From Candidatus Ratteibacteria bacterium (GTDB lineage Bacteria; Ratteibacteria; UBA8468; B48-G9; JAFGKM01): DNA of 32,774 nt. The translations under genes and the position numbers were made by a program. Numbering within the stretch: the first letter of the stretch is position 1; every line of letters starts with the position of its first letter. The DNA lies in NCBI GenBank assembly GCA_049970595.1, contig JBMFMQ010000003.1, positions 1 through 32,774 of the forward strand, written 5' to 3'. Below the pieces are notes generated by a model. The model was given only the letters and a program-made list of their open reading frames with translations. It did not search any database and was not told where the DNA came from. Shown in pieces: positions 1-9,249 of this stretch.

Positions 1-338
1 ATACTTGCAAGGAATGATAATTTTTCTCCATAAATATCTTTAAGTAGAATAAAAAATAAGAGACAACAACCTATATGCAAAAAGATATTTAAAAGATGGT
101 AAGGTATTGGATTTAATTTAAAGATTTTATAGACAAGGGAATAAAAAATCATTTGCATTGGTCTGTAAAAATTAGAAATATTTCCATAAATATCTGTTTT
201 AAAAATTTTCAAAAGGAATTTGAAGTTTTTTATGTATGGATTTTCCACAATTAAAGAGATATCATCCCAGATAAAGGGATTAAAAAGAGAATTTAAGTAA
301 ATACAAAAAAGAAAAAGTAAATATTTACTGAACCCCAT
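1..338 (-). CDS. Partial CDS (N-terminus only, continues past the left edge): polytopic membrane protein of the TMTC/DUF1736 TPR-glycosyltransferase-like type
   Basis: Hand translation of the minus strand from ATG 338..336 is stop-free to base 1. It is absent from the ORF track because it has no stop in the window. Sequence: MGFSKYLLFLFCIYLNSLFNPFIWDDISLIVENPYIKNF...NFYRPMQMIFYSLVYKIFKLNPIPYHLLNIFLHIGCCLLFF. The F-x-W-DD-x5-N-P ... YRP ... NP-x-x-YH-L-x-N pattern matches what I recall for N-termini of TMTC-like/DUF1736 TPR membrane proteins. Confidence 0.45.
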   Translation of the reverse strand, partial: MGFSKYLLFLFCIYLNSLFNPFIWDDISLIVENPYIKNFKFLLKIFKTDIYGNISNFYRPMQMIFYSLVYKIFKLNPIPYHLLNIFLHIGCCLLFFILLKDIYGEKLSFLAS

Positions 339-404
339 TAGTTATTTTATCTTTTTTTATATTATATCACATTCCTATAGTTCTTACTTAAAGGAGTTTA
401 AACC
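318..404. repeat. Copy A of an ~87-nt direct repeat (partner at 32670..32755)
   Basis: Hand alignment: TAAATATTTACTGAACCCCATTAGTTATTTT...ATTATATCACATTC...CTTAAAGGAGTTTAAACC versus TAAGTATTCACTGAACCCCATTGGTTATTTT...ATTATACCACATTC...CTTAAAGGGGTTTAAACC. Same orientation, roughly 80 percent identical by eye. On the minus strand it contains an extended -10 promoter and ATGGGGTTCAGT. Confidence 0.8.
361..371 (-). promoter_or_regulatory. Extended -10 promoter (TGTGaTATAAT) for the leftward membrane-protein gene
   Basis: Reverse complement of 361..371 is TGTGATATAAT (TRTG-n-TATAAT). It lies 22 nt upstream of ATG 338. The same motif recurs in other intergenic regions of this window. Confidence 0.45.
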
Positions 405-478
405 ATAAAAGAGATTGACTTAACAACACCTGAACTGAAATCCTTTATAAACAAGGAAATTTGAAAAGTAGAAAAATA

Positions 479-507
479 TTGACAAAAATGAAAATATATG
501 GTATTAT
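479..507 (+). promoter_or_regulatory. Sigma70-type promoter for the 733..9098 operon
   Basis: TTGACA (479..484), 17-nt spacer ending in TGg, TATTAT (502..507). It lies in the intergenic region ~225 nt upstream of the first gene. Confidence 0.5.
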
Positions 508-732
508 AGATAAAAAGGAATAAAAAATGGGAAATAAAAATGCTCTCTCTTTCTCTTGTAGTTGTTATTTAAAAAATAAAAAATCCTTCCTTTTAAAATT
601 CTATTTTTTTATTTTGTTATGCCAGAATATTGATTTTTTTAAAATTTAAAGGAGGTGATGTGATATGAGGGTAGAAAAGTAGGAAAAATGTAAGTTAAAA
701 AAGAAATAATAAAAGAAAGGAGGAAAAATAAA

Positions 733-1488
733 ATGGGAAGAAAAATAAAAAAATCTGGGTTCACATTAATAGAGTTGTTGGTAGTAGTTGCTATCATTGC
801 TATTCTTGCAGCGATGCTACTACCAGCATTAAGTAAAGCGCGAGAAAGGGCTAGACAAGCAGTATGTATAAGTAATTTAAAACAGATATGGCATGCTTTG
901 ACTATGTACACTGAGGACCATGATGGCTGGTTTTTACCTGTTAATCCTCCCTATCCTCAGTACTGGGGAGGTGTTGTATCATTAAGACCATGGTTTGAAC
1001 TGCTTGGAAAATGGGGCAGATATTCTATTTTAGATTATGGTGTTTATTTAGGTGCTCCCGGAAGTAGTTATAGTAGAGGTGGTAAAACTTTGTTCTGCCC
1101 GAGTGAAAAAAGGCAATTTACTTATACTCATTATGCAATTAATCAATGGCTTGTTGGTAGGTATACCACGAGTGGTGAGGGGTTTGTTCCTGATCCAACT
1201 TATGGTCCATACTTAAAAAAAATAAATAAAGTGAGAAATCAATCTGTTGCAATATGGGTAGTGGATAATGGTGTTCCTTCAGCGGATTCTATTACTTATT
1301 TTTATGCCCAACCATATACTTACGCTTACAATAATTTCAGACATATGAATGAAAGTTGTAATATTCTTTATGTTGATGGACATGTTGAAGCAAAAACAAA
1401 ACGGGATATGGGGCTTCCTAATGGTGGTGCTACAAGTATTCCTTTAAGAAGAGGTTTTGTGTTGCCAGATGGTAGTTATAATCCATAA
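733..1488 (+). CDS. Prepilin-type N-terminal cleavage/methylation domain protein, H-X9-DG/DUF1559-like pseudopilin (paralogue 1)
   Basis: SD AAAGGAGG upstream. N-terminus MGRKIKKSG|[29 protein letters not shown] is a class III signal with G-1, F+1, E+5. C-terminal FRH-x10-DGHVE resembles the H-X9-DG motif. Confidence 0.85.
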   Translation: MGRKIKKSGFTLIELLVVVAIIAILAAMLLPALSKARERARQAVCISNLKQIWHALTMYTEDHDGWFLPVNPPYPQYWGGVVSLRPWFELLGKWGRYSILDYGVYLGAPGSSYSRGGKTLFCPSEKRQFTYTHYAINQWLVGRYTTSGEGFVPDPTYGPYLKKINKVRNQSVAIWVVDNGVPSADSITYFYAQPYTYAYNNFRHMNESCNILYVDGHVEAKTKRDMGLPNGGATSIPLRRGFVLPDGSYNP

Positions 1489-1503
1489 AAAAAAGGAGGG
1501 AGT

Positions 1504-4500
1504 ATGTTTAAAAAAGCAGGAATTTTTTTGTCTTTTCTTACTTTTTTATGTTTTGGAGAGAGTAAACTTGTTTTTCATCTATCTTTTGATAATGAACAGG
1601 TAAATGATGTTTCTGGAAATATAAAAGGAGAGGTAAAGGGAGGGAGATTTGTAGAAGGAAAGATTGGAAAGGGTATATATTTTGATGGAAAAGAGAGGGA
1701 AGCAGAATGTATAATTTTTAAAGATTTAGCAAAAGATAGATTTTTTCAGGACTTTGAAGGAGGGCCTTTTACAATAAGTGTATGGATAAAGCCAGATTCA
1801 ACAAAAGAATATAATAAACAGCAGGAGATTTTAAATACAGCAAGTGATATAGGACCTGGATGGCGACTTACATATACATGGAGAATGATTATATTTAGGA
1901 CAGGAACAGGAAAAAGGGATGAACAGGGGAAAGGAGAATACTGGGAAGTTACAACAAATCCGAGTATAGATAAGGTAAAACCTGATGAATGGAACCATAT
2001 AGTTGTTGTCAGGAATGAGGAAGGAGTTTTATCATTGTATCTAAATGGTAAAAAAGTTGCAGAAAGTGAAAAGAAGTTTGATATTATACCATCAAATAGA
2101 TTTTTAACAGTAGGTGCTTATATAGGAGGATATGCATATGGATTTAAAGGGGTTATAGATGAGGTAAAGATATATAAAGGTGCATTAAGTCCAGAGGAGA
2201 TTTTGAAAGAATATGAAGTAGAGGGAAAGAAAATTAAACTTGATGGAAAACTTGATGAAGATATATGGAAAAAAGGTAAAGTATTCACAAATTTCAAATT
2301 AATTAATACAGATAATTTTGCGCCTGTCCAGACAAAAGTTATATTCAGTTATGATATAGACAATCTTTATTTTGCATTTATATGTGATGAACCAGATATT
2401 GCAAAATTAAAAAATGAAATAAAAGAAAATTCATTGAGAGTTTACAGAGATGATAGTATTGAAATAATGATAGATGCTGATAACAATAAAGGTGATTATT
2501 ACCATTTTTTATTCAATCCTTCTGGCTTTTATGGTGTTGAATTCAGAACTCAAAGTGGATTTGTAGGTTCAGAGGTAAAGGGTTTTAAATTATTTACAGG
2601 CACAGATATAGCAAAGGATAGATGGATAGTTGAAATAGTTATTCCCTATTCTTCTTTAACACTTGAAAGAATAAAAAATGATATATCATTAAATTTTGCA
2701 AGGAATAGAAGGGTTGATTTATCCTCAATACAGGAAAGTTCAATAGCAGAAAAAGGACAGTTTCATAATCCATTTGTTTTTATACCTTTAAAACTTGAAA
2801 ATATTGATTTGTCATTATATGCAGTTGAGATGAAAGATATAGAATTTGTAGAAACAGAAAAAAAAGATGAAAAAATAAATGTGAAATTAAAAGGAAAAAT
2901 AAAAAACCTGACAGATAAAGAGAAAGACCTTGAAATAGAGATATATGAAGGACAACTGGGTATTTTAGGAAAGACAAATTTACAGATTTTGCCTGAAAAA
3001 GGGGGAGAATTTTTCTTGAATATAATAGTTCCAGAACCAAAGGAATATAATTTTACAATAGATATAAAGGAAAGAGGCAAAAAGATTTATAGTGGAAATT
3101 TTCCAGTAAAGGTTTCATATATACCGATTTCACTTGAATTATTAAAACCAGTTTACAGAAATTCTATATATCCGACACAGAAGATAGATGAGATAGTATT
3201 AAATGTAAAAGTTGGACTGAAAGATGATGAAATGAAAGGAATTGATGAGGAAATTTTAATTGTTGATAAAGAGGGAAAGGAAATAGTGAAAAAATCAATT
3301 AAACCAGAAAAAGAGACAGATATCACATTAAAAATACTGCAGTTGAAAGAAGGGGAGTATAAAATAGTTGGTAGATTAAAAAAAGAAAAAAATGTAGTTT
3401 ATGAGACAGGAATTCCACTCTACATATTACCAAAACCAAAAGGTAATGAGGTTTATATAGATGAAAATTTAAATCTTGTATTAAATGGAAAACCTATAAT
3501 GCCGGTGATATGGTGGGGTGGTTCTCCTTACCAGGAAATAGCAAAGACAGGAGCAGATGGAATTATTGTTGGTGTAGGAGACCTTGATAGTTTAAAAGAG
3601 TTAGGGTTATATGGAGAAGTTATGCTTTTATGGGGAAGTGAGCAGAAAAAATATTTTGAAGGGCAAGATACATTATCAGAAGAAGCAGTAAAGGTAATAA
3701 CAGAAAAGATAAATTCGGTTAAAGACCATCCAGCATTATTATTCTATTATTTAACAGATGAACCAGAGGTAAGAAGTTTAAGTGCCAATCTTTTAAAAGA
3801 GGTTTATGAACTTATAAAAAGATTAGACCCATACCATCCTGTGCAGATAACAAATGATACAGTTAAAGGAATAGAAACATATATAGAATGTGCTGATATG
3901 TTTCTCCCAGACCCTTATGTTTGTCCTCTCGTTGATGGTAGTTTAACAAGACCGATGACATATATAATTCCTTTTATGGAAGAAATAAAAAAGGCAGGGA
4001 AGAAGAGAAAATTTGTAGGTATAACTCCTCAGGTATTTGATTATGGGAAGGTATATGCAAGCCGTCCTCCATATTCAACAAGAAATAACAGGGCTCCAAC
4101 CTTTGTAGAAGAAAGATGTATGAATTATCTTGCAATTATTTATGGAGCAAAGGGATTTAATTATTATGTATACGGGAAAAGAGAAGAAGGGCACTGGGGA
4201 GCAGTAAATATCCCTGATCTAAGAGTTGGTATGCCATATTTAATAAAAGAGAAAAAAGCATTAAGTGATGTTATATTACTGGGTAAAGATGTAAAAGAAA
4301 AAGTTAATATTGAGGATAAAAAAATACATTATACAGTAAGACAATATAAAGGAAAGACATATATAATAGCAGTAAATGTAGAACCTGTTGAAGTAAATGC
4401 AGAGATAAAATTGCTGGAAAATATAAAAGAATTAAAAGTAATATCAGAGAAAAGAAAAATAAATGTAAATGATGGGAAATTTTTAGATATATTTAAACCT

Positions 4501-4617
4501 TACGATGTTCATATATATACAGATGACCTCAAATTCCAGGATGTAATTGATTTAAAAATGGTTGAAGGAGAGATAAAAAAGGAAGGTGGGTGGTTTACAT
4601 ATCAATATAAAAAATGA
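1504..4617 (+). CDS. Secreted multidomain carbohydrate-active-like protein (signal peptide, LamG/concanavalin-like, CBM9/DOMON-like, Ig-like spacer, C-terminal TIM-barrel glycosidase-like region)
   Basis: SD AAAGGAGGGAG. Signal peptide MFKKAGIFLSFLTFLCFG. LamG-type block: FTISVWIKPD...WNHIVVVRNEEGVLSLYLNGKKV...IDEVKIYKGALSPEEI. CBM9-type block: DGKLDEDIWKKG...YRDDSIEIMIDADNNKGDYYHFLFNPSG. C-terminal LFYYLTDEPE region. The catalytic family is not resolved. Confidence 0.6.
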   Translation: MFKKAGIFLSFLTFLCFGESKLVFHLSFDNEQVNDVSGNIKGEVKGGRFVEGKIGKGIYFDGKEREAECIIFKDLAKDRFFQDFEGGPFTISVWIKPDSTKEYNKQQEILNTASDIGPGWRLTYTWRMIIFRTGTGKRDEQGKGEYWEVTTNPSIDKVKPDEWNHIVVVRNEEGVLSLYLNGKKVAESEKKFDIIPSNRFLTVGAYIGGYAYGFKGVIDEVKIYKGALSPEEILKEYEVEGKKIKLDGKLDEDIWKKGKVFTNFKLINTDNFAPVQTKVIFSYDIDNLYFAFICDEPDIAKLKNEIKENSLRVYRDDSIEIMIDADNNKGDYYHFLFNPSGFYGVEFRTQSGFVGSEVKGFKLFTGTDIAKDRWIVEIVIPYSSLTLERIKNDISLNFARNRRVDLSSIQESSIAEKGQFHNPFVFIPLKLENIDLSLYAVEMKDIEFVETEKKDEKINVKLKGKIKNLTDKEKDLEIEIYEGQLGILGKTNLQILPEKGGEFFLNIIVPEPKEYNFTIDIKERGKKIYSGNFPVKVSYIPISLELLKPVYRNSIYPTQKIDEIVLNVKVGLKDDEMKGIDEEILIVDKEGKEIVKKSIKPEKETDITLKILQLKEGEYKIVGRLKKEKNVVYETGIPLYILPKPKGNEVYIDENLNLVLNGKPIMPVIWWGGSPYQEIAKTGADGIIVGVGDLDSLKELGLYGEVMLLWGSEQKKYFEGQDTLSEEAVKVITEKINSVKDHPALLFYYLTDEPEVRSLSANLLKEVYELIKRLDPYHPVQITNDTVKGIETYIECADMFLPDPYVCPLVDGSLTRPMTYIIPFMEEIKKAGKKRKFVGITPQVFDYGKVYASRPPYSTRNNRAPTFVEERCMNYLAIIYGAKGFNYYVYGKREEGHWGAVNIPDLRVGMPYLIKEKKALSDVILLGKDVKEKVNIEDKKIHYTVRQYKGKTYIIAVNVEPVEVNAEIKLLENIKELKVISEKRKINVNDGKFLDIFKPYDVHIYTDDLKFQDVIDLKMVEGEIKKEGGWFTYQYKK

Positions 4618-5906
4618 AATATCTTAAAATTGGTTGTTTTAAAACAGATATAACTCCACCCGTTGGATACTTACTTACTGGACATATTGCAAGAAATAAA
4701 CCTTCTCAAAAAATTCATGACCCTCTATATTTAAAGTGTTTATCCATTTCTAATAAAAGAGATAGAATTTTTGTTATCACTGCTGATTTAATCTACTTTT
4801 CCTCAAAGTTTGTAAAATCGGTTAAAGGCATGATTTATAAAAAATTTAAAATTCATCCTTCAAAGATTTTAATGTGTGCTTCACATACACATACAGGGCC
4901 AATTATGGAAGATACATATTATTATTCAGAAAAACCATTACCTGATTATCTCTCACTTTTGAAGAAAAAGATTTTAGGTGGGATAATACATTGTTTGAAT
5001 GATGAAGAAGATGGAATTGTTAAATTTGGGAAAGGGAATATAAATATAGGTATTGTTAATAGAAGAAAAAGGACAGAAGAAGGGATAAAGATGTTACCTA
5101 ATTTTGAAGGGCCTATTGATGATGAAGTTAGTGTTATAAAGATTGATAAAAAAGATGGAAGTCCAAAAGTTATATTTTTTAATTATTCCTGTCATCCAAC
5201 AATTCTTTCAACAGATATATATGAGATTTCAGCAGATTACCCAGGAGTTGCACAAAGAGAAATTGAAAGTTTTTATAAAGGAGCAATAGGTATGTTTTCA
5301 AATGGTTGTTGTGGAGATGTTAGACCTGCAATTATAGAAAATGGTAGATTTAAAGGAGGTAATTTTCAAGATATAGAAAGGATGGGTAAAAGTTTATCTG
5401 AGAAGGTTATTGAAATATGCGAAAAGGCAGAAATTATTGAAAATTCAAATATAGGTTCAATTTTAAATATCTTTAACTTTCCTCTGAACAGAAAATTAAT
5501 ACCAAAAGATAATAAAGGACTTGTTAATTTATGCAAATTTTATAAAGAAAAATTTGGTAGAGATATTCCCAAGGAATGGGTAAAATTTATGAATAAAAAG
5601 ATAAAAGATGGAAAACTTAAAAATTATATTAAAGGAGAATTACAGGTAATAAAAATAGGAGATGTGAAATTGTTAGGACTCCCGGGTGAGATAATGGTGG
5701 AGATTGGATTAAAATTAAAGGCAAAGAATAAAAATTTGATTGTATGTGGATACAGTAATGGTTGTATCGGATATATTCCTACTGAAAATGCTCTTATAGA
5801 AGGTGGATATGAAGCATCTTCTTTTATCTATTATCTTTACCCTGCTCCCTATTCTTTTAATATGGAAAAAAAGTTAATAGAAACATCGCTCAAATTATTA
5901 AAATGA
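4614..5906 (+). CDS. Neutral/alkaline ceramidase-like amidohydrolase (N-terminal-domain family), cytoplasmic
   Basis: ATGA start/stop overlap with the upstream gene. No signal peptide. CASHTHTGP and NYSCHPT motifs and overall size resemble bacterial ceramidase-like proteins as I recall them. Confidence 0.45.
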   Translation: MKYLKIGCFKTDITPPVGYLLTGHIARNKPSQKIHDPLYLKCLSISNKRDRIFVITADLIYFSSKFVKSVKGMIYKKFKIHPSKILMCASHTHTGPIMEDTYYYSEKPLPDYLSLLKKKILGGIIHCLNDEEDGIVKFGKGNINIGIVNRRKRTEEGIKMLPNFEGPIDDEVSVIKIDKKDGSPKVIFFNYSCHPTILSTDIYEISADYPGVAQREIESFYKGAIGMFSNGCCGDVRPAIIENGRFKGGNFQDIERMGKSLSEKVIEICEKAEIIENSNIGSILNIFNFPLNRKLIPKDNKGLVNLCKFYKEKFGRDIPKEWVKFMNKKIKDGKLKNYIKGELQVIKIGDVKLLGLPGEIMVEIGLKLKAKNKNLIVCGYSNGCIGYIPTENALIEGGYEASSFIYYLYPAPYSFNMEKKLIETSLKLLK

Positions 5907-7048
5907 AACAAGGTTTCCTGACCTATTGTGAAATAAATCTTGACTCAATCATTCATAATTTAAAGTGGGTCAAAAGAAAGATAGGAAAACATGTGAAAAT
6001 ATGTTTTGCTGGAACAAAAGCAGATGGTTATGGATATGGGATACTTGAAGTTGCAAAAGCAGCAATTGAAAGCAAAGTAGTGGATTATCTTGGAGTTGCT
6101 GTTCCTGATGAAGGGAAATTTTTAAGAAAAAATGGGATAGATTTGCCAATAATTGTTTTCGGTCATATCTTACCTGAATTTGCAGAAAAAATTGTTGAGT
6201 ATGACCTTACTCAAACTGTTTGCACATACGATTTATGTGAAAGGATATCTTATTATTCTAAAAAATACAAAAAGATTGCAAAAGTTCACATTAAAGTTGA
6301 TACAGGAATGGGAAGAATTGGTGTTTTCCCAGAGGAAGTTATTTATTTTATAAAAAAAATTTCAAAATTACCCAATATTTACATTGAAGGAATTTATACT
6401 CATTTATCTTCTGTAGGTAGAGATGATGACTTTACTAAACAGCAGATAGAAAAATTTTTTTATGTTTTAAAACAACTTAAAAATGAGAATATAAGTATTC
6501 CAATAAAACATATGGCAAACTCTGCTGCAATAAAAAGATATCCTGAAACATACCTTAATATGGTAAGGCCTGGAAGTCTAATTTTCAATGCTGATTTACC
6601 AGAATTAAAACAGGTATTTTCTTTAAAAAGTAAGGTTATATATGTAAAGAAAGTTCCACCAAATTACAGAATTGGATACAGAGGTGAGTATATTACAAAA
6701 AAAGAAACAAAAATTGCAACAGTTGGTCTTGGATATATAGATGGATTTCCATTTTTTCTTGGAAATGAAAGATGGAAAGTTATAATAAATGATAAATTTT
6801 ACCCTGTTGTTGGAAGAATTTGTATGGACCAGATAATGGTTGATGCTGGAATGGATGAAGTTAAAATAGGGGATGAGGTTATAATTGTTGGGAAAAGTAA
6901 AATATGTGAGATAAAATTAAATGATATATTTAAAAAGGTTGATTTTTATAATTTTCTTGCTCCTTCCATAAATAAAAGAGTTCCAAGAGTTTATATAAAA
7001 AAAGGTAAGATATGGAAAATAAAAACAATTTACGGAGAAGTTTACTGA
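5903..7048 (+). CDS. alr: Alanine racemase
   Basis: ATGA overlap with the upstream gene. PLP-lysine region AGTKADGYGYG (canonical VKANAYGHG), VHIKVDTGMGRIG, GIYTHL, GRICMDQIMVD. Length 381 aa. Confidence 0.8.
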   Translation: MKQGFLTYCEINLDSIIHNLKWVKRKIGKHVKICFAGTKADGYGYGILEVAKAAIESKVVDYLGVAVPDEGKFLRKNGIDLPIIVFGHILPEFAEKIVEYDLTQTVCTYDLCERISYYSKKYKKIAKVHIKVDTGMGRIGVFPEEVIYFIKKISKLPNIYIEGIYTHLSSVGRDDDFTKQQIEKFFYVLKQLKNENISIPIKHMANSAAIKRYPETYLNMVRPGSLIFNADLPELKQVFSLKSKVIYVKKVPPNYRIGYRGEYITKKETKIATVGLGYIDGFPFFLGNERWKVIINDKFYPVVGRICMDQIMVDAGMDEVKIGDEVIIVGKSKICEIKLNDIFKKVDFYNFLAPSINKRVPRVYIKKGKIWKIKTIYGEVY

Positions 7049-8289
7049 TAAAAGGTTCTCATTACCAAACCGGTTTTTTGCTTGGAAATTTACATAAAGA
7101 GATATTGAAAAAGATTGAAAAAGAAGTTTCTGGAGAAATAAAAGTTGATTACGAAAGAATTAAAATATATGAGGTGATTTTAAATAAATTTTCTGATATA
7201 AGAGAGGAAATTGAAGGATACTGCAATGGTTCTGATATTAAATTTGAAAATCTTTTGAAACTTAAACTTGGAAATTTCAAAATACCAAAATTTTCATGCA
7301 CTTCTTTATATATAAGTTCTGATTTTACAGATGAGAAAATTCCTGTATGTATGAAGATAAGGGATGAGAAACCGCTGCCTCAATATATATGTAAAAAGAA
7401 GAATGGAAATAAAATGTCGTATTTTTTTTCTGGCTCAATTTCAGATATCGGATATGGCTTTTTCATAAAAGAAAATGGATTTTTAGGGATAAATAACACA
7501 GGAAGTTTTTTAAAAGAAAGATTTTTAAATGAACATGGTTTTGATGATTGTGATTTAATGCGGATAATCGCTGAAAATTGTAATGACCCAGAAGAAGCAT
7601 TAGAAAATATTAAAAAAATGCAGAAAGAAAAAATGATTTCTTATACAGGGAAAAAAAGAGGAATGATTTTTTTGTTAGTTAATAAAGAGAAAGCATTTTT
7701 TGTTGAAATAAATTCTTTTGATTTGAATTATAGAAAAGTTAAAGGGAAATTTGGATTTACAAATGATTTTTTAATAAATGAATCCAGAAAATGGGTTAAA
7801 AAAGAAGAAACAGAAGGGACAAAAAGTAGCAGGATTAGGAAAAAACGTCTTGATGAAATTTTTGAAGGGAATAAAACATTAAATCTTGAAAAGTTAATGG
7901 AAATTTCAAGAGATAAAAAATACTATCCATATTCAATATGTAGGGATACAAGTTTAATGTCTGTCAGGACCATTTCTTCTTTTATTGTTTTATATTTTAA
8001 AAATCCAGTTGTCTGGATAAATGTTGGCAATCCTTATATATCTCCTTATTTCCTATTTGATTTGAGAGGAAATTACATTTTAAAAGATTTTATAACTGGA
8101 GAGGTATCTTTAAAACTCAATTTATTATTTGAGAAAAAGAAACTTGAGGATGAAGAATATCTTAATAAAATAAGGGACTTTGAAAAGAATATGAAAGAAA
8201 AATTTGTGAGTTTAGAAGATATAGAAGAAAAAAACATTCGGATACAGGAAGAAGTTTATGGTTTTATATTTAAAGAGGAGGCAGAATGA
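7012..8289 (+). CDS. Putative C45-family (isopenicillin-N acyltransferase/carcinine hydrolase-like) Ntn amidohydrolase
   Basis: N-terminal IKGSHYQTGFLLG plus a candidate nucleophile Cys in FSCTSLYISS near residue 96, as in C45 proteins. Weak, motif-level only. 37-nt overlap with alr. Confidence 0.3.
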   Translation: MENKNNLRRSLLIKGSHYQTGFLLGNLHKEILKKIEKEVSGEIKVDYERIKIYEVILNKFSDIREEIEGYCNGSDIKFENLLKLKLGNFKIPKFSCTSLYISSDFTDEKIPVCMKIRDEKPLPQYICKKKNGNKMSYFFSGSISDIGYGFFIKENGFLGINNTGSFLKERFLNEHGFDDCDLMRIIAENCNDPEEALENIKKMQKEKMISYTGKKRGMIFLLVNKEKAFFVEINSFDLNYRKVKGKFGFTNDFLINESRKWVKKEETEGTKSSRIRKKRLDEIFEGNKTLNLEKLMEISRDKKYYPYSICRDTSLMSVRTISSFIVLYFKNPVVWINVGNPYISPYFLFDLRGNYILKDFITGEVSLKLNLLFEKKKLEDEEYLNKIRDFEKNMKEKFVSLEDIEEKNIRIQEEVYGFIFKEEAE

Positions 8290-9098
8290 AAGTTTATATA
8301 ATACCAGACCTTGAAGGAATAAGTGGTGTAACAAAGTTTAGACAGGATTTGAAGGCAATGGGAATATATGAAAAAATGTGTAAAAGGATGACAGAGGAGA
8401 TAAATGCAGCAGTTGAAGGAATAAAACAAGGAGATAAAGACGCAGAAATATATGTGATGGAAACGCACGAAATTGATGATGAAATTTTAAGTCCTAAAAT
8501 AACTGCTCTGATAAGAGGCGCACGGTTCCCTTTATTTGACAACTCATTTGATGTTTTATTTTTTGTAGGTCAGCATGGAAAATCTCAAGTAGAAAAAGGG
8601 GTTTTATGTCATACTGGAAATGCAAGAATTATGGAGGTTAAAATAAATGGAGTTGAGTATGGAGAACTCGGTATAAATTCTTTGTATGCAGGGGTTTACA
8701 ATATATCAACAATTTTTGTTTCCGGTGATACTGCCTGTATTGAAGAAGCAAAAAAATTGTTCAAAAAAGTTATAACAGTTGAATCAAAAATAGGTCTTGG
8801 TATGCATTCTGCTATATGTTATCATCCTAAAAAAGTATCAAATGAAATAAAAGAAAAAGCAAAAGAAGCAATAATTGAATATAAAAAAAATCCGGATGTC
8901 TTTCAACCATTAAAAATATTCCCTCCTTATGAAATTGAAATTGAATGGCAGTATATGGAAATGGCAGACAGGGTTACATTTATTCCAGGGGTTAAAAAAA
9001 TATCAAAAAGGACTACTTATTTTAAATCAGATGACTTTGAGGAAGTTTATAAATGTTATGTTGTTCAGGCACAAATAGGTCTTGCAGGTTATATTTGA
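8286..9098 (+). CDS. dppA: M55 family metallopeptidase (DppA-type D-aminopeptidase)
   Basis: ATGA overlap with the upstream gene. MKVYIIPDLEGISGV, MTEEINAAVEG, VGQHGKS..GVLCHT, INGVEYGELGINSLYAGVYNISTIFVSGDTACIEEAKKLF parallel the B. subtilis DppA sequence as I recall it. Confidence 0.8.
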   Translation: MKVYIIPDLEGISGVTKFRQDLKAMGIYEKMCKRMTEEINAAVEGIKQGDKDAEIYVMETHEIDDEILSPKITALIRGARFPLFDNSFDVLFFVGQHGKSQVEKGVLCHTGNARIMEVKINGVEYGELGINSLYAGVYNISTIFVSGDTACIEEAKKLFKKVITVESKIGLGMHSAICYHPKKVSNEIKEKAKEAIIEYKKNPDVFQPLKIFPPYEIEIEWQYMEMADRVTFIPGVKKISKRTTYFKSDDFEEVYKCYVVQAQIGLAGYI

Positions 9099-9219
9099 AA
9101 GGAAGAAAATAATTATTGAGAACTTTTTAATTTCATATAAAGTAGTAGTTATTCTCTTTTCAATTGCTGTATTTTTAATTGGCTTTGTGTTTTACAAAAG
9201 GGAGAATTTTTTGAAACAA

Positions 9220-9230
9220 TGTGATATAAT
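9220..9230 (+). promoter_or_regulatory. Extended -10 promoter TGTGaTATAAT
   Basis: TGTGATATAAT lies 19 nt upstream of ATG 9250, with GAGG as SD in between. Confidence 0.5.
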
Positions 9231-9249
9231 AGAAAACCTGAGGTAATTT

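Noticed and set aside
527-649. 40-codon ORF MGNKNALSFSCSCYLKNKKSFLLKFYFFILLCQNIDFFKI in the leader of pseudopilin 1
   Set aside because: Not called as a gene. It is low-complexity, has only a weak SD and resembles nothing I recognise. It is kept only as context for the leader finding.
639-911. 90-aa minus-strand ORF
   Set aside because: It is antisense to the leader and N-terminal helix of pseudopilin 1. It has no SD and a low-complexity hydrophobic mirror translation.
2763-3080. Antisense ORFs inside the 1504..4617 gene (also 2780..3040), with similar cases at 6153..6353, 8256..8468 and 8294..8542
   Set aside because: They are embedded in or antisense to well-supported genes. They are Phe/Ile/Ser-rich translations, as expected from the reverse strand of Lys/Glu-rich AT-rich coding DNA, and none has a ribosome-binding site.
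9142-9246. Hydrophobic TM-like reading frame (VVVILFSIAVFLIGFVFYKRENF...) in the dppA-radical SAM intergenic region
   Set aside because: There is no ATG, GTG or TTG start in frame upstream of the hydrophobic segment and no SD. The region also holds the TGTGATATAAT promoter.
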